The notes: a model not told the origin generated them from the sequence alone. 64,000 bases of DNA from an uncultured Acidimicrobiaceae bacterium (GCA_964648795.1 CAZYMB010000001.1:62920-126919); one strand, 5' to 3'; positions 37,346-47,599 are shown, counted from the stretch's first letter. Program-made: numbers and translations.

Positions 37346-38325
37346 TAGTCAACCTCGATTAGGCGTTGGGTCATTTCGGTTAGAGCTTGCGCATAAACAT
37401 TGTCTGAAACAGCCAAGATCTCTTGTTTTGCCTGCTCCGCAAACGCAGTGGCTTGCTTTAATGAGTCTTCAATAGCAGTAGATGAACGTATCAAGTCGAT
37501 TGCCTTATTGGTAGCAGCCTCGTCTATGCCTTCTACTAAGAGAGTTGACAATTCTGGGCCTACATCAGAAGCCAGTGCTTTAATAACTGGAAGAGAATAG
37601 GTTCCTTCGACAATGTCGTTGCCAGCAGGCTTGCCAATCTTCTCTTCAGTTTGGGTTAGGTCTAAGACATCATCAACGATTTGGAAAGCCAAGCCGTAGT
37701 AGCGACCAAAGGCAGTCAACCGTTCGATAGCGCTTGAATCTAGCTCTGCAACGATGCCGCCAATTCGGGTAGAAGTCGAGAACAGGTATGCAGTCTTGCC
37801 TTCTATCGATTCGAAATAGTCGGCCTCGGTTCTAGCTTGGTTGTATGCGAACCGAAGTTCAGTGACTTGACCTTTGCATAACTCTGAGATTGTTATAGAA
37901 AGCAGTTCGACTACTTCGGTGCCAAGACCGGCTGCGATTTCTGAAGCTTTGGCTAATAGGTAGTCTCCGGCCAAAATTGCTTTGACATTGCCCCAGCGAG
38001 CGTTGACTGAGTCAACGTTGCGGCGAATCTCGGCTTCGTCCAAGACATCATCGTGGTACAAAGAGCCAACCTGAACCAATTCAACCGCCACACCACCGGC
38101 TACCACATCGTCGGAAAGCTCGGTGGAGACGTCCTTGGTGCCCGCTCCAGCTGCAGCAATAGTAAATCTCGGACGCTGACGCTTGCCACCAGCCTTTATT
38201 AAGTGAGAGGTGATGTCGGTGAACTCTGGGTCTGTACTAACCGACACAGCATCGAGCAAGAATCCTTCGATGCGATTCGAGTCGGAGGAAGCGAATGGCA
38301 GTTTGTCTAGAGGGTTCTGACTCAT
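37342..38325 (-). CDS. Polyprenyl diphosphate synthase (trans-IPPS, long-chain/heptaprenyl-like)
   Basis: 327 aa. GGKRQRP, first DDxxD (LYHDDVLDE), second DDxxD (FQIVDDVLD), GKPAGNDI. Confidence 0.9.
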   Translation of the reverse strand: MSQNPLDKLPFASSDSNRIEGFLLDAVSVSTDPEFTDITSHLIKAGGKRQRPRFTIAAAGAGTKDVSTELSDDVVAGGVAVELVQVGSLYHDDVLDEAEIRRNVDSVNARWGNVKAILAGDYLLAKASEIAAGLGTEVVELLSITISELCKGQVTELRFAYNQARTEADYFESIEGKTAYLFSTSTRIGGIVAELDSSAIERLTAFGRYYGLAFQIVDDVLDLTQTEEKIGKPAGNDIVEGTYSLPVIKALASDVGPELSTLLVEGIDEAATNKAIDLIRSSTAIEDSLKQATAFAEQAKQEILAVSDNVYAQALTEMTQRLIEVDY

Positions 38326-38473
38326 AGATTGGGCCTCAGGCTTAAAGGTATCGCACTAATCACACAAATATTGTATCCACACAATGTTTATCAAGGATTA
38401 ACGAAGTGAGAAATAGTGGACGCCTTGGGCCTGTTACTACTATTGTGTACTTCACAGATAAGGTATGGTGTAA

Positions 38474-41032
38474 ATGTTTGAAAGATTCACTGATCGAGCC
38501 CGCAGGGTTATCGTTCTAGCGCAAGAGGAAGCTCGACTCCTCAACCATAATTACATTGGTACCGAGCACATCTTACTTGGGCTGATTCATGAGGGCGAAG
38601 GCGTTGCTGCCAAGGCTCTAGAGTCACTTTCTATTTCTCTTGAAGCCGTAAGAGCACAGGTTGAAGAGATGATTGGCCAAGGTGGCTCGTCTCCAAGCGG
38701 ACACATTCCTTTCACTCCGAGAGCAAAGAAGGTTCTAGAACTTTCGCTAAGAGAAGCTCTGCAACTAGGTCACAATTACATCGGGACCGAACACATCCTG
38801 CTGGGGCTCATCCGTGAGGGTGAAGGCGTCGCAGCCCAAGTCTTAATTAAGCTCGGAGCAGATCTTTCAAGAGTTCGCCAACAGGTGATCCAACTTCTTT
38901 CCGGTTACACCGGTCCTGCACAAGGTGGAGCCGAAGATGACGGCAACTTAGGTAAAGCGGGAGCAACTGCCGGAGGACGTGGTGCCGAGACACCCGCTGG
39001 CTCAATGATTTTGGACCAGTTTGGTCGAAACCTAACTCAGCTAGCTAAAGAGAAGAAGCTGGACCCAGTGATTGGTCGAAAGATCGAAGCCGAACGTGTC
39101 ATGCAGGTACTCAGCCGTCGCACTAAGAACAACCCAGTCCTTATTGGAGAACCTGGTGTTGGTAAGACTGCAATTGTCGAAGGGCTTGCACAGCAAATCG
39201 CAAATGATGAAGTGCCTGACACTTTGCACAACAAGCAGCTCTATACCCTTGACTTAGGCGCTCTAGTAGCTGGTTCTCGCTACAGAGGTGACTTCGAGGA
39301 GCGACTAAAGAAGGTCTTGAAAGAGATCAAGACTCGCGGCGACATTGTCTTGTTTATCGATGAGATTCACACACTTGTTGGAGCTGGTGCTGCAGAAGGC
39401 GCTATCGATGCGGCAAGCATTCTTAAGCCAATGTTGGCCCGAGGTGAGCTACAAACAATTGGTGCAACCACGATTGAAGAGTACCGTAAGCATCTCGAGA
39501 AAGATGCGGCACTAGAGCGTAGGTTCCAGCCAGTAAAGGTTGAAGAGCCAACTGTTGAACACACTATTGAAATCTTGAAGGGTCTTCGTGAGCGTTACGA
39601 AGTGCATCACCGAGTTTCGATTACGGACCAGGCGCTTATCTCGGCAGCCAACATGGCTGACCGTTACATCGCAGACCGTCACTTGCCAGATAAAGCAATC
39701 GACTTAATCGACGAAGCTGGTTCAAGGCTGCGCATCAAGCGCATGGCAACACCGCCTGCGTTTAAAGAGCTTGAGAGTGAAATCTCTGATGTAGTTCGCC
39801 GCAAGAAGGAAGCTGTAGAGTCTCAGGACTTCGAAGAAGCTGGAAGTTTACGAGATTCTGAGAAAGAACTCTTAGAAAAGCGTGACGAGATGGAAGCCGA
39901 GATCAAAGCATCTGGTGTTGACATCTTTGACGAAGTAAATGAAGAGTCAATTGCTGAAGTGCTTTCTATCTGGACTGGTATCCCGGTCTACAAGTTAACC
40001 GAAGAAGAAACAGCCAAACTTCTCCGCATGGAGGAAGAACTTCACAAGCGCGTTATTGGTCAGCAAGACGCTATCAAGGCTGTTTCGCAGTCGATTCGTC
40101 GTACTCGTGCAGGGCTAAAGGATCCGAAGCGTCCATCTGGTTCGTTTATATTCTTGGGCCCAACCGGTGTTGGTAAGACTGAGTTGGCAAAAACATTGTC
40201 AGAGTTCTTGTTCGGTGACGAAGAGGCTCTTATTACCCTCGACATGAGTGAATACCAAGAGAAGCACACTGTTGCTCGCCTAATTGGTTCGCCTCCAGGT
40301 TACGTGGGGTACGAAGAGGGTGGCCAGCTAACTGAGGCTGTTCGCCGTAAGCCTTTCTCGGTTGTGTTGTTCGATGAGGTTGAGAAGGCGCACCCAGATG
40401 TGTTCAACTCTTTGCTACAGATTCTTGAAGAAGGCCGGTTGACCGATTCACAAGGTCGCAGTGTTGACTTCAGAAACACAGTATTGATTATGACTTCCAA
40501 CTTGGGAACACAAGATCTTCGTAAAGCTCAGCTTGGTTTCTCAAAGAACGATGAAGCGGTCAGTTATGAGCGTATGAAGAAAAAGGTTAACGAAGCTCTG
40601 AAGCAACACTTCCGTCCAGAGTTCTTGAACCGTATCGACGAGACAATAGTTTTCCACGAGCTCAGCCTCGAAGAGGTCACAGAGATTGTCGATCAGTTCA
40701 TTGCTAAGACTGCTTCTCAGCTTGAGGTGCAAGGTATCGGTCTTGAAATTACAGATTCGGCTAAGAACCACCTAGCTAAGGTTGGGTATGATCCAACCAT
40801 GGGTGCGAGGCCGCTACGTAGAGCGATCCAGCGTCAGGTTGAAGACGTTCTTTCAGAGAAGCTTCTGTACAAAGAGTTTAGAGCCGGCCAGATAGTGGTT
40901 GTCGACCTCGGTGAAGACGAAGACGGTGATCCTAAGTTAACCTTTGATGCTCACGAGGGCTTTAAACCGCCTGAAACCGCTGAGTTAGTTGACCCTGAGC
41001 CTGTTGAAGACGGAACAACTGGAGACGCCTAG
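38474..41032 (+). CDS. clpC: ATP-dependent Clp protease ATP-binding subunit ClpC
   Basis: 852 aa. Double Clp-N repeat ([12 protein letters not shown]..., [13 protein letters not shown] twice). Two AAA+ modules ([18 protein letters not shown]) and a middle UVR-like region. Confidence 0.95.
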   Translation: MFERFTDRARRVIVLAQEEARLLNHNYIGTEHILLGLIHEGEGVAAKALESLSISLEAVRAQVEEMIGQGGSSPSGHIPFTPRAKKVLELSLREALQLGHNYIGTEHILLGLIREGEGVAAQVLIKLGADLSRVRQQVIQLLSGYTGPAQGGAEDDGNLGKAGATAGGRGAETPAGSMILDQFGRNLTQLAKEKKLDPVIGRKIEAERVMQVLSRRTKNNPVLIGEPGVGKTAIVEGLAQQIANDEVPDTLHNKQLYTLDLGALVAGSRYRGDFEERLKKVLKEIKTRGDIVLFIDEIHTLVGAGAAEGAIDAASILKPMLARGELQTIGATTIEEYRKHLEKDAALERRFQPVKVEEPTVEHTIEILKGLRERYEVHHRVSITDQALISAANMADRYIADRHLPDKAIDLIDEAGSRLRIKRMATPPAFKELESEISDVVRRKKEAVESQDFEEAGSLRDSEKELLEKRDEMEAEIKASGVDIFDEVNEESIAEVLSIWTGIPVYKLTEEETAKLLRMEEELHKRVIGQQDAIKAVSQSIRRTRAGLKDPKRPSGSFIFLGPTGVGKTELAKTLSEFLFGDEEALITLDMSEYQEKHTVARLIGSPPGYVGYEEGGQLTEAVRRKPFSVVLFDEVEKAHPDVFNSLLQILEEGRLTDSQGRSVDFRNTVLIMTSNLGTQDLRKAQLGFSKNDEAVSYERMKKKVNEALKQHFRPEFLNRIDETIVFHELSLEEVTEIVDQFIAKTASQLEVQGIGLEITDSAKNHLAKVGYDPTMGARPLRRAIQRQVEDVLSEKLLYKEFRAGQIVVVDLGEDEDGDPKLTFDAHEGFKPPETAELVDPEPVEDGTTGDA

Positions 41033-41075
41033 ATAACCGTCTCGGGGTAAAATTCAGCGCTAGCATGGGCGAGTT

Positions 41076-42563
41076 ATGCTCCCCATCATGCGTCGAATAC
41101 TCTGCTGTGCGCTTGCGCTGTTCTTGGCCTCTGCTTGTGATTCAGCGATCGACATCTCGGTTTTGGTCTCTCAAGACGGATCGGGTGAGATCGACTTGGT
41201 CGCTAGCGTCACAGATATTGATGTGAGTAACCGTGGTCTTGCAGACTTTGAAAACAACTTTTCAGATTCGATCGCTGACTTAACGGAAGCTGGCTGGGAA
41301 GTTCTAGAAATAGCAACTACTGAGACCTCACAGCAGGTTACTGTTCGCGCTAGTTTTGCAAACCCATCCCAGTTCAGTGTTCGTATGGGCCAGCTCTCTG
41401 CATCAGATGGCTTGCTCCAGGACTTTGTGCTCGCTCGTTCTCAGTCCTTCGGAAGAGTTGATCTAGAAATATCTGGGGTCGTGGATACGAGCCGAGGGCT
41501 AGACGTCTTTTCTGACGTTGCTTTAGAAGAGACGTTAGGACAGAGCCTTGAGAGTATTGCGGGCCAGTTCGAAGTTGAGGCAAGCGATATAGACGTAACT
41601 CTAAGCATTGATTTGCCAGGAGATGTTGTAGTTGAAGCTGATGGTTCTGATGGTCAAAGTTTGTTAGAGCCTTCGGAGTTGACCGATGAGACTGTTAGTT
41701 TCGATCTTGACTTAGCCTCACCGCAGACAAGCGTTGTGGGGGTTAGTTCCGAGCAGATATCTCTAGTTGCTCAGGTTTTGCGAGGGGTAGCGGTGCTAAC
41801 TGGTATCGCAGCGCTACTGGTACTCATTGGAGCAATAGTAAGGTTCTATCGAAAGTCCCGAGCATCCAAACGCAAGCCTAAGCGCAAAGTTGCTAAGGCA
41901 ACCGAGCCCAAAGTAGAAGTATCAGGGTATGAGTTGGTGCCAGAAGACCCAGAAGAGTTAACGCCTGAGTATGACTACATGGTGTTCGATGGAATGGGAG
42001 TGATCTACACCGACCCCGACAATATCAGCAATTTGCTTGTTCCATTTGTTAGAGAAAATGGTTCGGGGCTTCTAGACGATGAGATTAAAGCTAAAGCAAT
42101 CGAATTGACTCAGGGGCGAATAACCACAGAACAGTTTTGGTCCAGTGTTGGTGTTGATGGTGATGTAGCTGAACTTAACGAGCGCTACTTAGCAACGCTG
42201 TCGCTTACTCCTGGTGTGGTAAACCACATTTTGAATTTGCGATCTGCTGGAATCAAAATAGGCCTATTAACAAATGACTCGATTGAGTGGTCGACCGATC
42301 TTAAGCGTCGTCACTCTCTCTCAGAACTGGTAGATGTCTGGGTTATTTCTGGTGAAGTTGGCCTCAGAAAGCCCTCTATCGGCACGTTTGAGGCTCTACG
42401 GCGACGGTGTGGGGTCGAACCGAGCCGGATTCTCCTGATTGATGATGAACTTGATGTTTGCGATCTAGCTAAAGACTATGGATTTGCCACAGCATGGTAC
42501 ACAGAGGATTCAATACCGCCAGATTCGCCACATTCTGTTGTACGTCCGTTTGCCTCTGAGTAG
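41076..42563 (+). CDS. Membrane protein: lipoprotein-like extracytoplasmic domain, single TM helix, basic stop-transfer, cytoplasmic HAD-like hydrolase domain
   Basis: 495 aa. N-terminus ALALFLASACDS, TM helix GVAVLTGIAALLVLIGAIV followed by RFYRKSRASKRKPKRK. C-terminal HAD-like motifs: VFDGMGVIY (motif I variant lacking the second Asp), LLTNDS, RKP, LLIDDELD. Confidence 0.6.
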   Translation: MLPIMRRILCCALALFLASACDSAIDISVLVSQDGSGEIDLVASVTDIDVSNRGLADFENNFSDSIADLTEAGWEVLEIATTETSQQVTVRASFANPSQFSVRMGQLSASDGLLQDFVLARSQSFGRVDLEISGVVDTSRGLDVFSDVALEETLGQSLESIAGQFEVEASDIDVTLSIDLPGDVVVEADGSDGQSLLEPSELTDETVSFDLDLASPQTSVVGVSSEQISLVAQVLRGVAVLTGIAALLVLIGAIVRFYRKSRASKRKPKRKVAKATEPKVEVSGYELVPEDPEELTPEYDYMVFDGMGVIYTDPDNISNLLVPFVRENGSGLLDDEIKAKAIELTQGRITTEQFWSSVGVDGDVAELNERYLATLSLTPGVVNHILNLRSAGIKIGLLTNDSIEWSTDLKRRHSLSELVDVWVISGEVGLRKPSIGTFEALRRRCGVEPSRILLIDDELDVCDLAKDYGFATAWYTEDSIPPDSPHSVVRPFASE

Positions 42564-42627
42564 TTACTAGCACCTAATTTGTGTGGGTGTTGCCAGCACA
42601 TTTGAAGCTTAGCTAGCATGAATTTTT

Positions 42628-43695
42628 GTGAGCCCAATACCTGACGAAAATATGCTTTCAGTTTTAAGCCAGGTTGCTCCGGGTACTCCTATGAGGGCTG
42701 GGCTCGATCGTATACTCGAGTCACGTCGAGGTGGCTTGATCGTAATAGGTGGCGGAGACGATGTTTTGAGCATTGCTGCGGGAGGATTCTTAGTTGATAC
42801 CGCTTTTACTCCCCAGAGGTTGGCGGAACTTTCAAAGATGGACGGTGGCTTAATTGTAGATGCATCGATCAGTCGAATAGTTAGAGCCAACGTACACCTA
42901 TTGCCTGATCCGAAAGTTACAACGACTGAGACAGGGACTAGGCATCGCACAGCTGAGAGAGTAGCAAGGTCGCTACAGGTCCCAGTCATTGCAGTTTCTG
43001 CCTCTCGTGGGAGTGTCCAGGTGTATCACTGTGAACAAGTTCACCCGATACTAAGTGCTAGTCGACTACTAGAGAAAGCAAATCAGGCTGTTCAGACTTT
43101 GCAGAGATACAGGTCAAGACTTGATTATGTAACCAGGCACCTGTCACTGCTCGAAATAGAAGATTTGGTCACAGTTAGAGATGTTGTTGAGGTGGTTCAG
43201 ACAGCGGAAATGGTCTCGCGTATCTCAACAGAGATTAAACGTACGCTCATTGAGCTTGGCTCTGACGGCAGATTGATCAGATACCAGCTAGACGACATTA
43301 TGCATGGGGTTGCCGATGAGCGAAGACATCTGTTGCGTGACTATCTAACGGTTGGCTCGATTGATCTTGTTGAAGCGATGGAGATCCTGAGCCAAATTGC
43401 TGAAGACGAGTTGTACTCTGATGGTGATCTAGCTGCTGGCCTAAAGTTAATACCTGTTGATGGCGACCTAGATGAGCTTGTGACCCCTCGGGGATATAGA
43501 TTATTACTGCAGCTACCGAGAATTAACGAATCTATGGTTAGTCGTTTAATTAACAGGTTCGAGACACTTCCAGTTATTATGCGAGCCGATATTGACGAAC
43601 TATCGTCTGTTGATGGAATCACCGTTGAAGTAGCAGAAGCTCTAAAGAATGGGACCATGCGCCTTGTTGAGAGCTCATTTCTAGATCGCTTCTAA
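42628..43695 (+). CDS. disA: DNA integrity scanning protein DisA (diadenylate cyclase)
   Basis: 355 aa with a GTG start. DAC-domain motifs: GGLIVIG, MDGGLIVD, ETGTRHRTAERVA. C-terminal HhH region: ELSSVDGITVEVAEAL. Confidence 0.9.
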   Translation: MSPIPDENMLSVLSQVAPGTPMRAGLDRILESRRGGLIVIGGGDDVLSIAAGGFLVDTAFTPQRLAELSKMDGGLIVDASISRIVRANVHLLPDPKVTTTETGTRHRTAERVARSLQVPVIAVSASRGSVQVYHCEQVHPILSASRLLEKANQAVQTLQRYRSRLDYVTRHLSLLEIEDLVTVRDVVEVVQTAEMVSRISTEIKRTLIELGSDGRLIRYQLDDIMHGVADERRHLLRDYLTVGSIDLVEAMEILSQIAEDELYSDGDLAAGLKLIPVDGDLDELVTPRGYRLLLQLPRINESMVSRLINRFETLPVIMRADIDELSSVDGITVEVAEALKNGTMRLVESSFLDRF

Positions 43696-43724
43696 TTTCA
43701 CCTGCGTTCTTAGTAGATTGAAGC

Positions 43725-44378
43725 GTGAAGTTTTCTGCAATAATCGTTGCTGCCGGCGAAGGATCTCGGTTTGGTGGCCCTAAACAATTTGTTATGGCCG
43801 CTGGAAAGACGCTTTTAGAGCACGCTTTGGAGCCATTTGTAGGCGCAGTCGACCAGATTATTGTTGTAATGTCTCCAGCGGTCTTGCCAGATATCAACCG
43901 GTACATCTCCAATCCGGACTTACTAGAGACCCTAGATTTGGTGGAAGGCGGAGATAGCAGGAGCGAGTCAGTCAGGAAAGGGTTGGCCGCCCTGGATGAG
44001 AGCTGTGAAGTTGTCCTAATACACGATGGAGCAAGACCGTTAGTCTCAGTTGAGGTAATCGAACGCGTTAAGGCATCGGTAGTTAGTGGAGCTAGCGCGG
44101 TAGTACCTGTGACGCCATTGTCAGAAACCTTGTACTCGGTCGAGGCTGAGGCTCTAGACAGATCTCAGTATCGGTTGGCCCAAACTCCCCAAGGATTCAG
44201 AAAACAAGTTTTGAAAGAAGCACATTCAGGCCCGCACACAGCTACAGACGATGCAACTTTGGCGATAGAAGCCGGTTATGAAGTATCGTTGGTTGATGGC
44301 GATATCGAAAACCGCAAAGTTACATTCCCTTTCGATATTGCTGCCATTGAGTATTGTCTAAACAGGAGGCAAGGTTAA
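43725..44378 (+). CDS. ispD: 2-C-methyl-D-erythritol 4-phosphate cytidylyltransferase
   Basis: 217 aa with a GTG start. AIIVAAGEGSRFG, LIHDGARP, QTPQGF. Confidence 0.85.
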   Translation: MKFSAIIVAAGEGSRFGGPKQFVMAAGKTLLEHALEPFVGAVDQIIVVMSPAVLPDINRYISNPDLLETLDLVEGGDSRSESVRKGLAALDESCEVVLIHDGARPLVSVEVIERVKASVVSGASAVVPVTPLSETLYSVEAEALDRSQYRLAQTPQGFRKQVLKEAHSGPHTATDDATLAIEAGYEVSLVDGDIENRKVTFPFDIAAIEYCLNRRQG

Positions 44379-44872
44379 TGGAGTATTCGAGACTTCGAGT
44401 AGGCATTGGGTTTGACACCCATCAGATCGGGGCCGACCTGGACAAAGCCTTGGTGCTTGGAGGCATTACATTTGACGGGCCTGGACTAGTCGCACACAGT
44501 GATGGGGACGTGCTGGTTCACGCACTCCTAGATTCGCTACTGGGCCCTAGTGGTCTAGGCGACATTGGAAAGATGTTCAGCGATACTGACCCTGCCAATG
44601 CCAACCGCTCCAGCGCAGAGTTCTTAGAGCTAGTGCTTGATAAGTTCAATTCTCTAGGTTGGAAAATTCTTAACAGTGACTGCGTAGTAATTGCGGACCG
44701 GCCAAAGATCAGTCCCAAAGTGGCCGAGATTCAAGAGCTTCTTTCAAATAGTCTGAACTCTCCGGTCACCGTAAAAGGAAAACGTACTGAAGGTGTGGTG
44801 CATCAAACAGAAGCTGTTAGTTGTTATGTAACGAGCTTATTGTTGGCTCCAGAGGATAGTCAAAATGTCTAA
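44378..44872 (+). CDS. ispF: 2-C-methyl-D-erythritol 2,4-cyclodiphosphate synthase
   Basis: Start moved to the ATG at 44378 (TAATG overlap with ispD, AGGAGG 8 nt upstream); the track start is 44354. RVGIGFDTHQ, AHSDGDVLVHAL, GLGDIGKMFSDTDP. Confidence 0.9.
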   Translation: MEYSRLRVGIGFDTHQIGADLDKALVLGGITFDGPGLVAHSDGDVLVHALLDSLLGPSGLGDIGKMFSDTDPANANRSSAEFLELVLDKFNSLGWKILNSDCVVIADRPKISPKVAEIQELLSNSLNSPVTVKGKRTEGVVHQTEAVSCYVTSLLLAPEDSQNV

Positions 44873-45689
44873 GCGCAGGCCAAGTAAAAGACATGTACCC
44901 AAGGGTCATAGTGGCCAGACTGAACGACCTACCGGCGATGGCGCCCAGGTAGAGGGCCGTCAAGCTGTACGAGAGCTACTGATTTCGGGGCAGCGCCAGG
45001 TTAAGCAACTTCTTATTGCCCAAGATCAAGACTCATCGGAAGTCCTGTCTGATATACGCGAGCTCGCACAAATGAATCGAGTCTTAGTAACGGATGTTTC
45101 TAAGAAGCGCCTAATGGCTGAGGCTGTTACAGCTGCTCCACAAGGAGTAGTGGCTCGTGCTGAACCAATCACTTTCGTAGATTTGGAAGATTTAGTAGCC
45201 AGCGAAAACCCTATGATTCTTGTGCTCGATGGTGTTACTGACCCACAAAATTTTGGTGCCATCTGTCGTATAGCGGAATGTGCTGGAGTAAAAGGAATCG
45301 TAATTTCAGAGAGGCGCTCGGTAAGGATTACCCCAACGGTTGCTAAAGCTGCGGCTGGAGCTCTTGAACATGTATCGATAGCTCGTGTGGCTGGGATACC
45401 AAGCGCAATTAGCGCTTTGACTGATGCTGGGGTTTTAACTGTGGGTTTGGACGCCGCTGGCGAGATAGATATTTTTGACCCAAGCTTTCCAGTTGAGCCG
45501 CCAGTTGCCCTTGTTCTAGGGCGTGAAGGGGCTGGATTAAGCAAGCTTGTACGTCAGAGAGTCGATAAATTACTAGCAATACCATTGATCGGAAGCTTAA
45601 ATAGCCTTAATGTTGCTTCGGCAACTGCTGTTGCGACCTTCGAAGTGGTGAGGCGTATGCAGTCGGTTGAACGGAATAGTACTAGTTAA
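44865..45689 (+). CDS. rlmB: SpoU/TrmH-family rRNA 2'-O-methyltransferase (RlmB-like)
   Basis: 274 aa. N-terminal substrate-binding segment (VEGRQAVRELL), then DGVTDPQNFGAICR, LVLGREGAGLS, and LNVASATAVATFE. Confidence 0.75.
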   Translation: MSKRRPSKRHVPKGHSGQTERPTGDGAQVEGRQAVRELLISGQRQVKQLLIAQDQDSSEVLSDIRELAQMNRVLVTDVSKKRLMAEAVTAAPQGVVARAEPITFVDLEDLVASENPMILVLDGVTDPQNFGAICRIAECAGVKGIVISERRSVRITPTVAKAAAGALEHVSIARVAGIPSAISALTDAGVLTVGLDAAGEIDIFDPSFPVEPPVALVLGREGAGLSKLVRQRVDKLLAIPLIGSLNSLNVASATAVATFEVVRRMQSVERNSTS

Positions 45690-45707
45690 ATCAGATAGGG
45701 CATCATT

Positions 45708-46583
45708 GTGAGCGACAAGAGATACGAAGCATGGGACGGAAAAAGTTATCCTTGGCCCCCACCAAATGGATGGTACCTTGCAGATGATGAGAAATGGTGG
45801 CCAGAAGGTTATGGCCCTAAGGGTGACGAACAGCGCGCAGCCGGTGCGGAGACAGCTGCTAGTAGTGCGGCCAAAGCTAAGTCACAGGATGCACAGTCTC
45901 AGGTCTCAGAAGTTGACAATCTAGAAGCTTCGGCTTCTCAAGAGTCACCTCGGTCTAACGCCGGTGCTCAAGAAACTACGAGAACGCAATCGACTCCAAG
46001 AGAGAACTTTTCTAGCTCTGTTGGCAACCGTGACTTTTCTGCTGATGATTCAAGCGGTGGTGGCGGAATCCTCAAGTGGCTGGTTCTAGGTGTTGGTGTT
46101 CTCGGTGCAATACTAATAGCTCTGTTCCTATTTGGTGGTGGAGACGATGGCGAAGTTGGCCAAGGAACTTCAATCGACCAAGCTTGGGCTGTATCTGATG
46201 GCATCGTGGGCATCCAGATCGATGGTCCAGAAGTTTGGGCTGCCGACATCATTAACCCGGTATCTGCTTTTGCAGGAGACACCGAGGGTGTTCTTCCAGC
46301 AGTAGAAGGACAACAGTACATTTCAACTAACGGAGTTGTCTTCAAACGATTCGATCAAACACAGCAGTTTGATGACGTTTCATTTACCTTGAATGTCAAC
46401 GGTAACGAGTATGAGCCAAACGCAGATTGTAATGCTCTTGCCGGTTCACTAGCTAGTAACTACGCTGGAGACGAAGGCGAAGGCTTCTTGTGCTGGCTCG
46501 TTCCTGATGCTGATGCAACTGGTGGTGTGCTCGGTATTTCACCTGGTGGAACCGGGACTTCAGTATTCTTCCAACTTTCGTAA
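45708..46583 (+). CDS. Hypothetical single-pass membrane protein with a Trp-rich N-terminus
   Basis: 291 aa with a GTG start. A Trp-rich N-terminus, a disordered Ser/Ala/Gln-rich segment, TM helix WLVLGVGVLGAILIALFLFGG, and a beta-rich extracytoplasmic C-terminal domain. Confidence 0.55.
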   Translation: MSDKRYEAWDGKSYPWPPPNGWYLADDEKWWPEGYGPKGDEQRAAGAETAASSAAKAKSQDAQSQVSEVDNLEASASQESPRSNAGAQETTRTQSTPRENFSSSVGNRDFSADDSSGGGGILKWLVLGVGVLGAILIALFLFGGGDDGEVGQGTSIDQAWAVSDGIVGIQIDGPEVWAADIINPVSAFAGDTEGVLPAVEGQQYISTNGVVFKRFDQTQQFDDVSFTLNVNGNEYEPNADCNALAGSLASNYAGDEGEGFLCWLVPDADATGGVLGISPGGTGTSVFFQLS

Positions 46584-46613
46584 GCTGGAAAGTTCGAAAT
46601 CTAAATAGTAGAT

Positions 46614-46650
46614 AGGAGCCTGTATTATTGGGCTCTTGTCTATTTTTGGG
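46614..46650 (+). terminator. Weak candidate intrinsic terminator
   Basis: AGGAGCC (46614-46620) pairs with GGCTCTT (46631-46637): a 7-bp stem including one G-U, with a 10-nt loop, followed by GTCTATTTTT. The loop is large and the T-run is offset, so confidence is low. Confidence 0.3.
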
Positions 46651-46690
46651 GCTGTTTGAGTCCGCAGATCAGTAGTTTGTGGTCGTAGAG

Positions 46691-46763
46691 AGCCCGGAAG
46701 GAGATTTGAACTCCTGACCTACGCTTTACAAGAGCGTTGCTCTACCAGCTGAGCTATCCGGGC
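46691..46763 (-). tRNA. tRNA-Thr (anticodon UGU)
   Basis: The reverse complement GCCCGGATAGCTCAGCTGGTAGAGCAACGCTCTTGTAAAGCGTAGGTCAGGAGTTCAAATCTCCTTCCGGGCT folds as a cloverleaf. Acceptor stem GCCCGGA/TCCGGGC, D stem GCTC/GAGC, anticodon stem ACGCT/AGCGT with loop CTTGTAA, T stem AGGAG/CTCCT with loop TTCAAAT. CCA is not encoded. Confidence 0.9.
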
Positions 46764-46942
46764 GAAATTACTGGACTTACCCTAGACCAATAATCGGTCA
46801 ATTAGCGCCCAAATCGACCATATTTGTTGAATTTTTCGATTTAACTATTTTTGCCTAGTCTCACTACTGAAATCCAGTTACGGCTATTTTAGAGTTGTAG
46901 TGCTATTTAACTAACTACGCTGCGGTTATTAAGAGGAAATAA

Positions 46943-47599
46943 ATGGAAGAGTTTGATTCTGAAGAACAGGTTTCTGTGGGTGAGCTACTGAGGCCAGATA
47001 ACTCAAATTTGAAGCGCGGCTTCACATTGGTTGCTCTTGCTGTAGCTCTTGGAGTCTTCATTTCGCTTTCTGTGTTAGAACCAGCAGAAGATGGCGTTTC
47101 AACTGAGACAGTTGCAGCCCCTACTGTGTCTGTATCAGAACCAGAGACCCCGACGACTACTGTTGCCACCACCAATGCAACCACGTCTACAACGACCCCG
47201 ACTACTGCGACGGCAACTACTGAACTAGAAGAAACGACAACAACCGTTGCAACTACGGCAGCCACAACAACCACGGCCCCAGCTCTTACTCGGTCTGAGA
47301 CAGTTGTAAGGGTCTTTAACGACGCAGGGTTTGCAGGGGTCGGAGCACTTGGAACGAGGATTGTCTCTAACGCTGGGTTCGATACGGTTTCTCCTACCGA
47401 CGCCCCAGAACCAGATCAGGTGTTGTCACAAGTTCTGTATGGTCCAGGGTTCGAAGACTTTGCTACAGAGATTGCTGGGGCTCTAAACATTAGTACCGGG
47501 CAGGTGCAGGCACTAGGCGCTGGCAACCGTCCGATTAATGATGTCGATGGAATCGATATTGTAGTCGTAGTTGGTCGTAACGAAAATCTGCCTCGATAG
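46943..47599 (+). CDS. LytR_C-domain protein with an N-terminal TM anchor and a Thr-rich linker
   Basis: 218 aa. TM helix FTLVALAVALGVFISLSV. Thr/Ala low-complexity tract at roughly 47147-47277. C-terminal VVRVFNDAGFAGVGALGTRI...VLYGPGFEDFATEIAGAL is typical of LytR C-terminal domains. Confidence 0.65.
   Translation: MEEFDSEEQVSVGELLRPDNSNLKRGFTLVALAVALGVFISLSVLEPAEDGVSTETVAAPTVSVSEPETPTTTVATTNATTSTTTPTTATATTELEETTTTVATTAATTTTAPALTRSETVVRVFNDAGFAGVGALGTRIVSNAGFDTVSPTDAPEPDQVLSQVLYGPGFEDFATEIAGALNISTGQVQALGAGNRPINDVDGIDIVVVVGRNENLPR

Noticed and set aside
45026-45544. 172-aa minus-strand ORF, plus the similar long antisense ORFs at 23533-24081, 42609-42989, 52195-52623 and 54135-54671
   Set aside because: Each lies fully inside a gene with strong motif support on the other strand (rlmB, the FN3-like modules, disA, the M23 peptidase, the flippase).
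46915-47274. 119-aa Val-rich minus-strand ORF (VVVAAVVATVVVV...)
   Set aside because: It is the antisense reading of the Thr/Ala-rich (ACN/GCN) linker of the LytR_C protein, so it is a compositional artefact.
46691-47277. tRNA-Thr next to a gene with a Thr-rich tract, and the tRNA as a possible integration site
   Set aside because: I see no integrase, direct repeat of the tRNA 3' end, or foreign-looking genes on either side. The tRNA-Thr/Thr-tract adjacency is most simply a coincidence.
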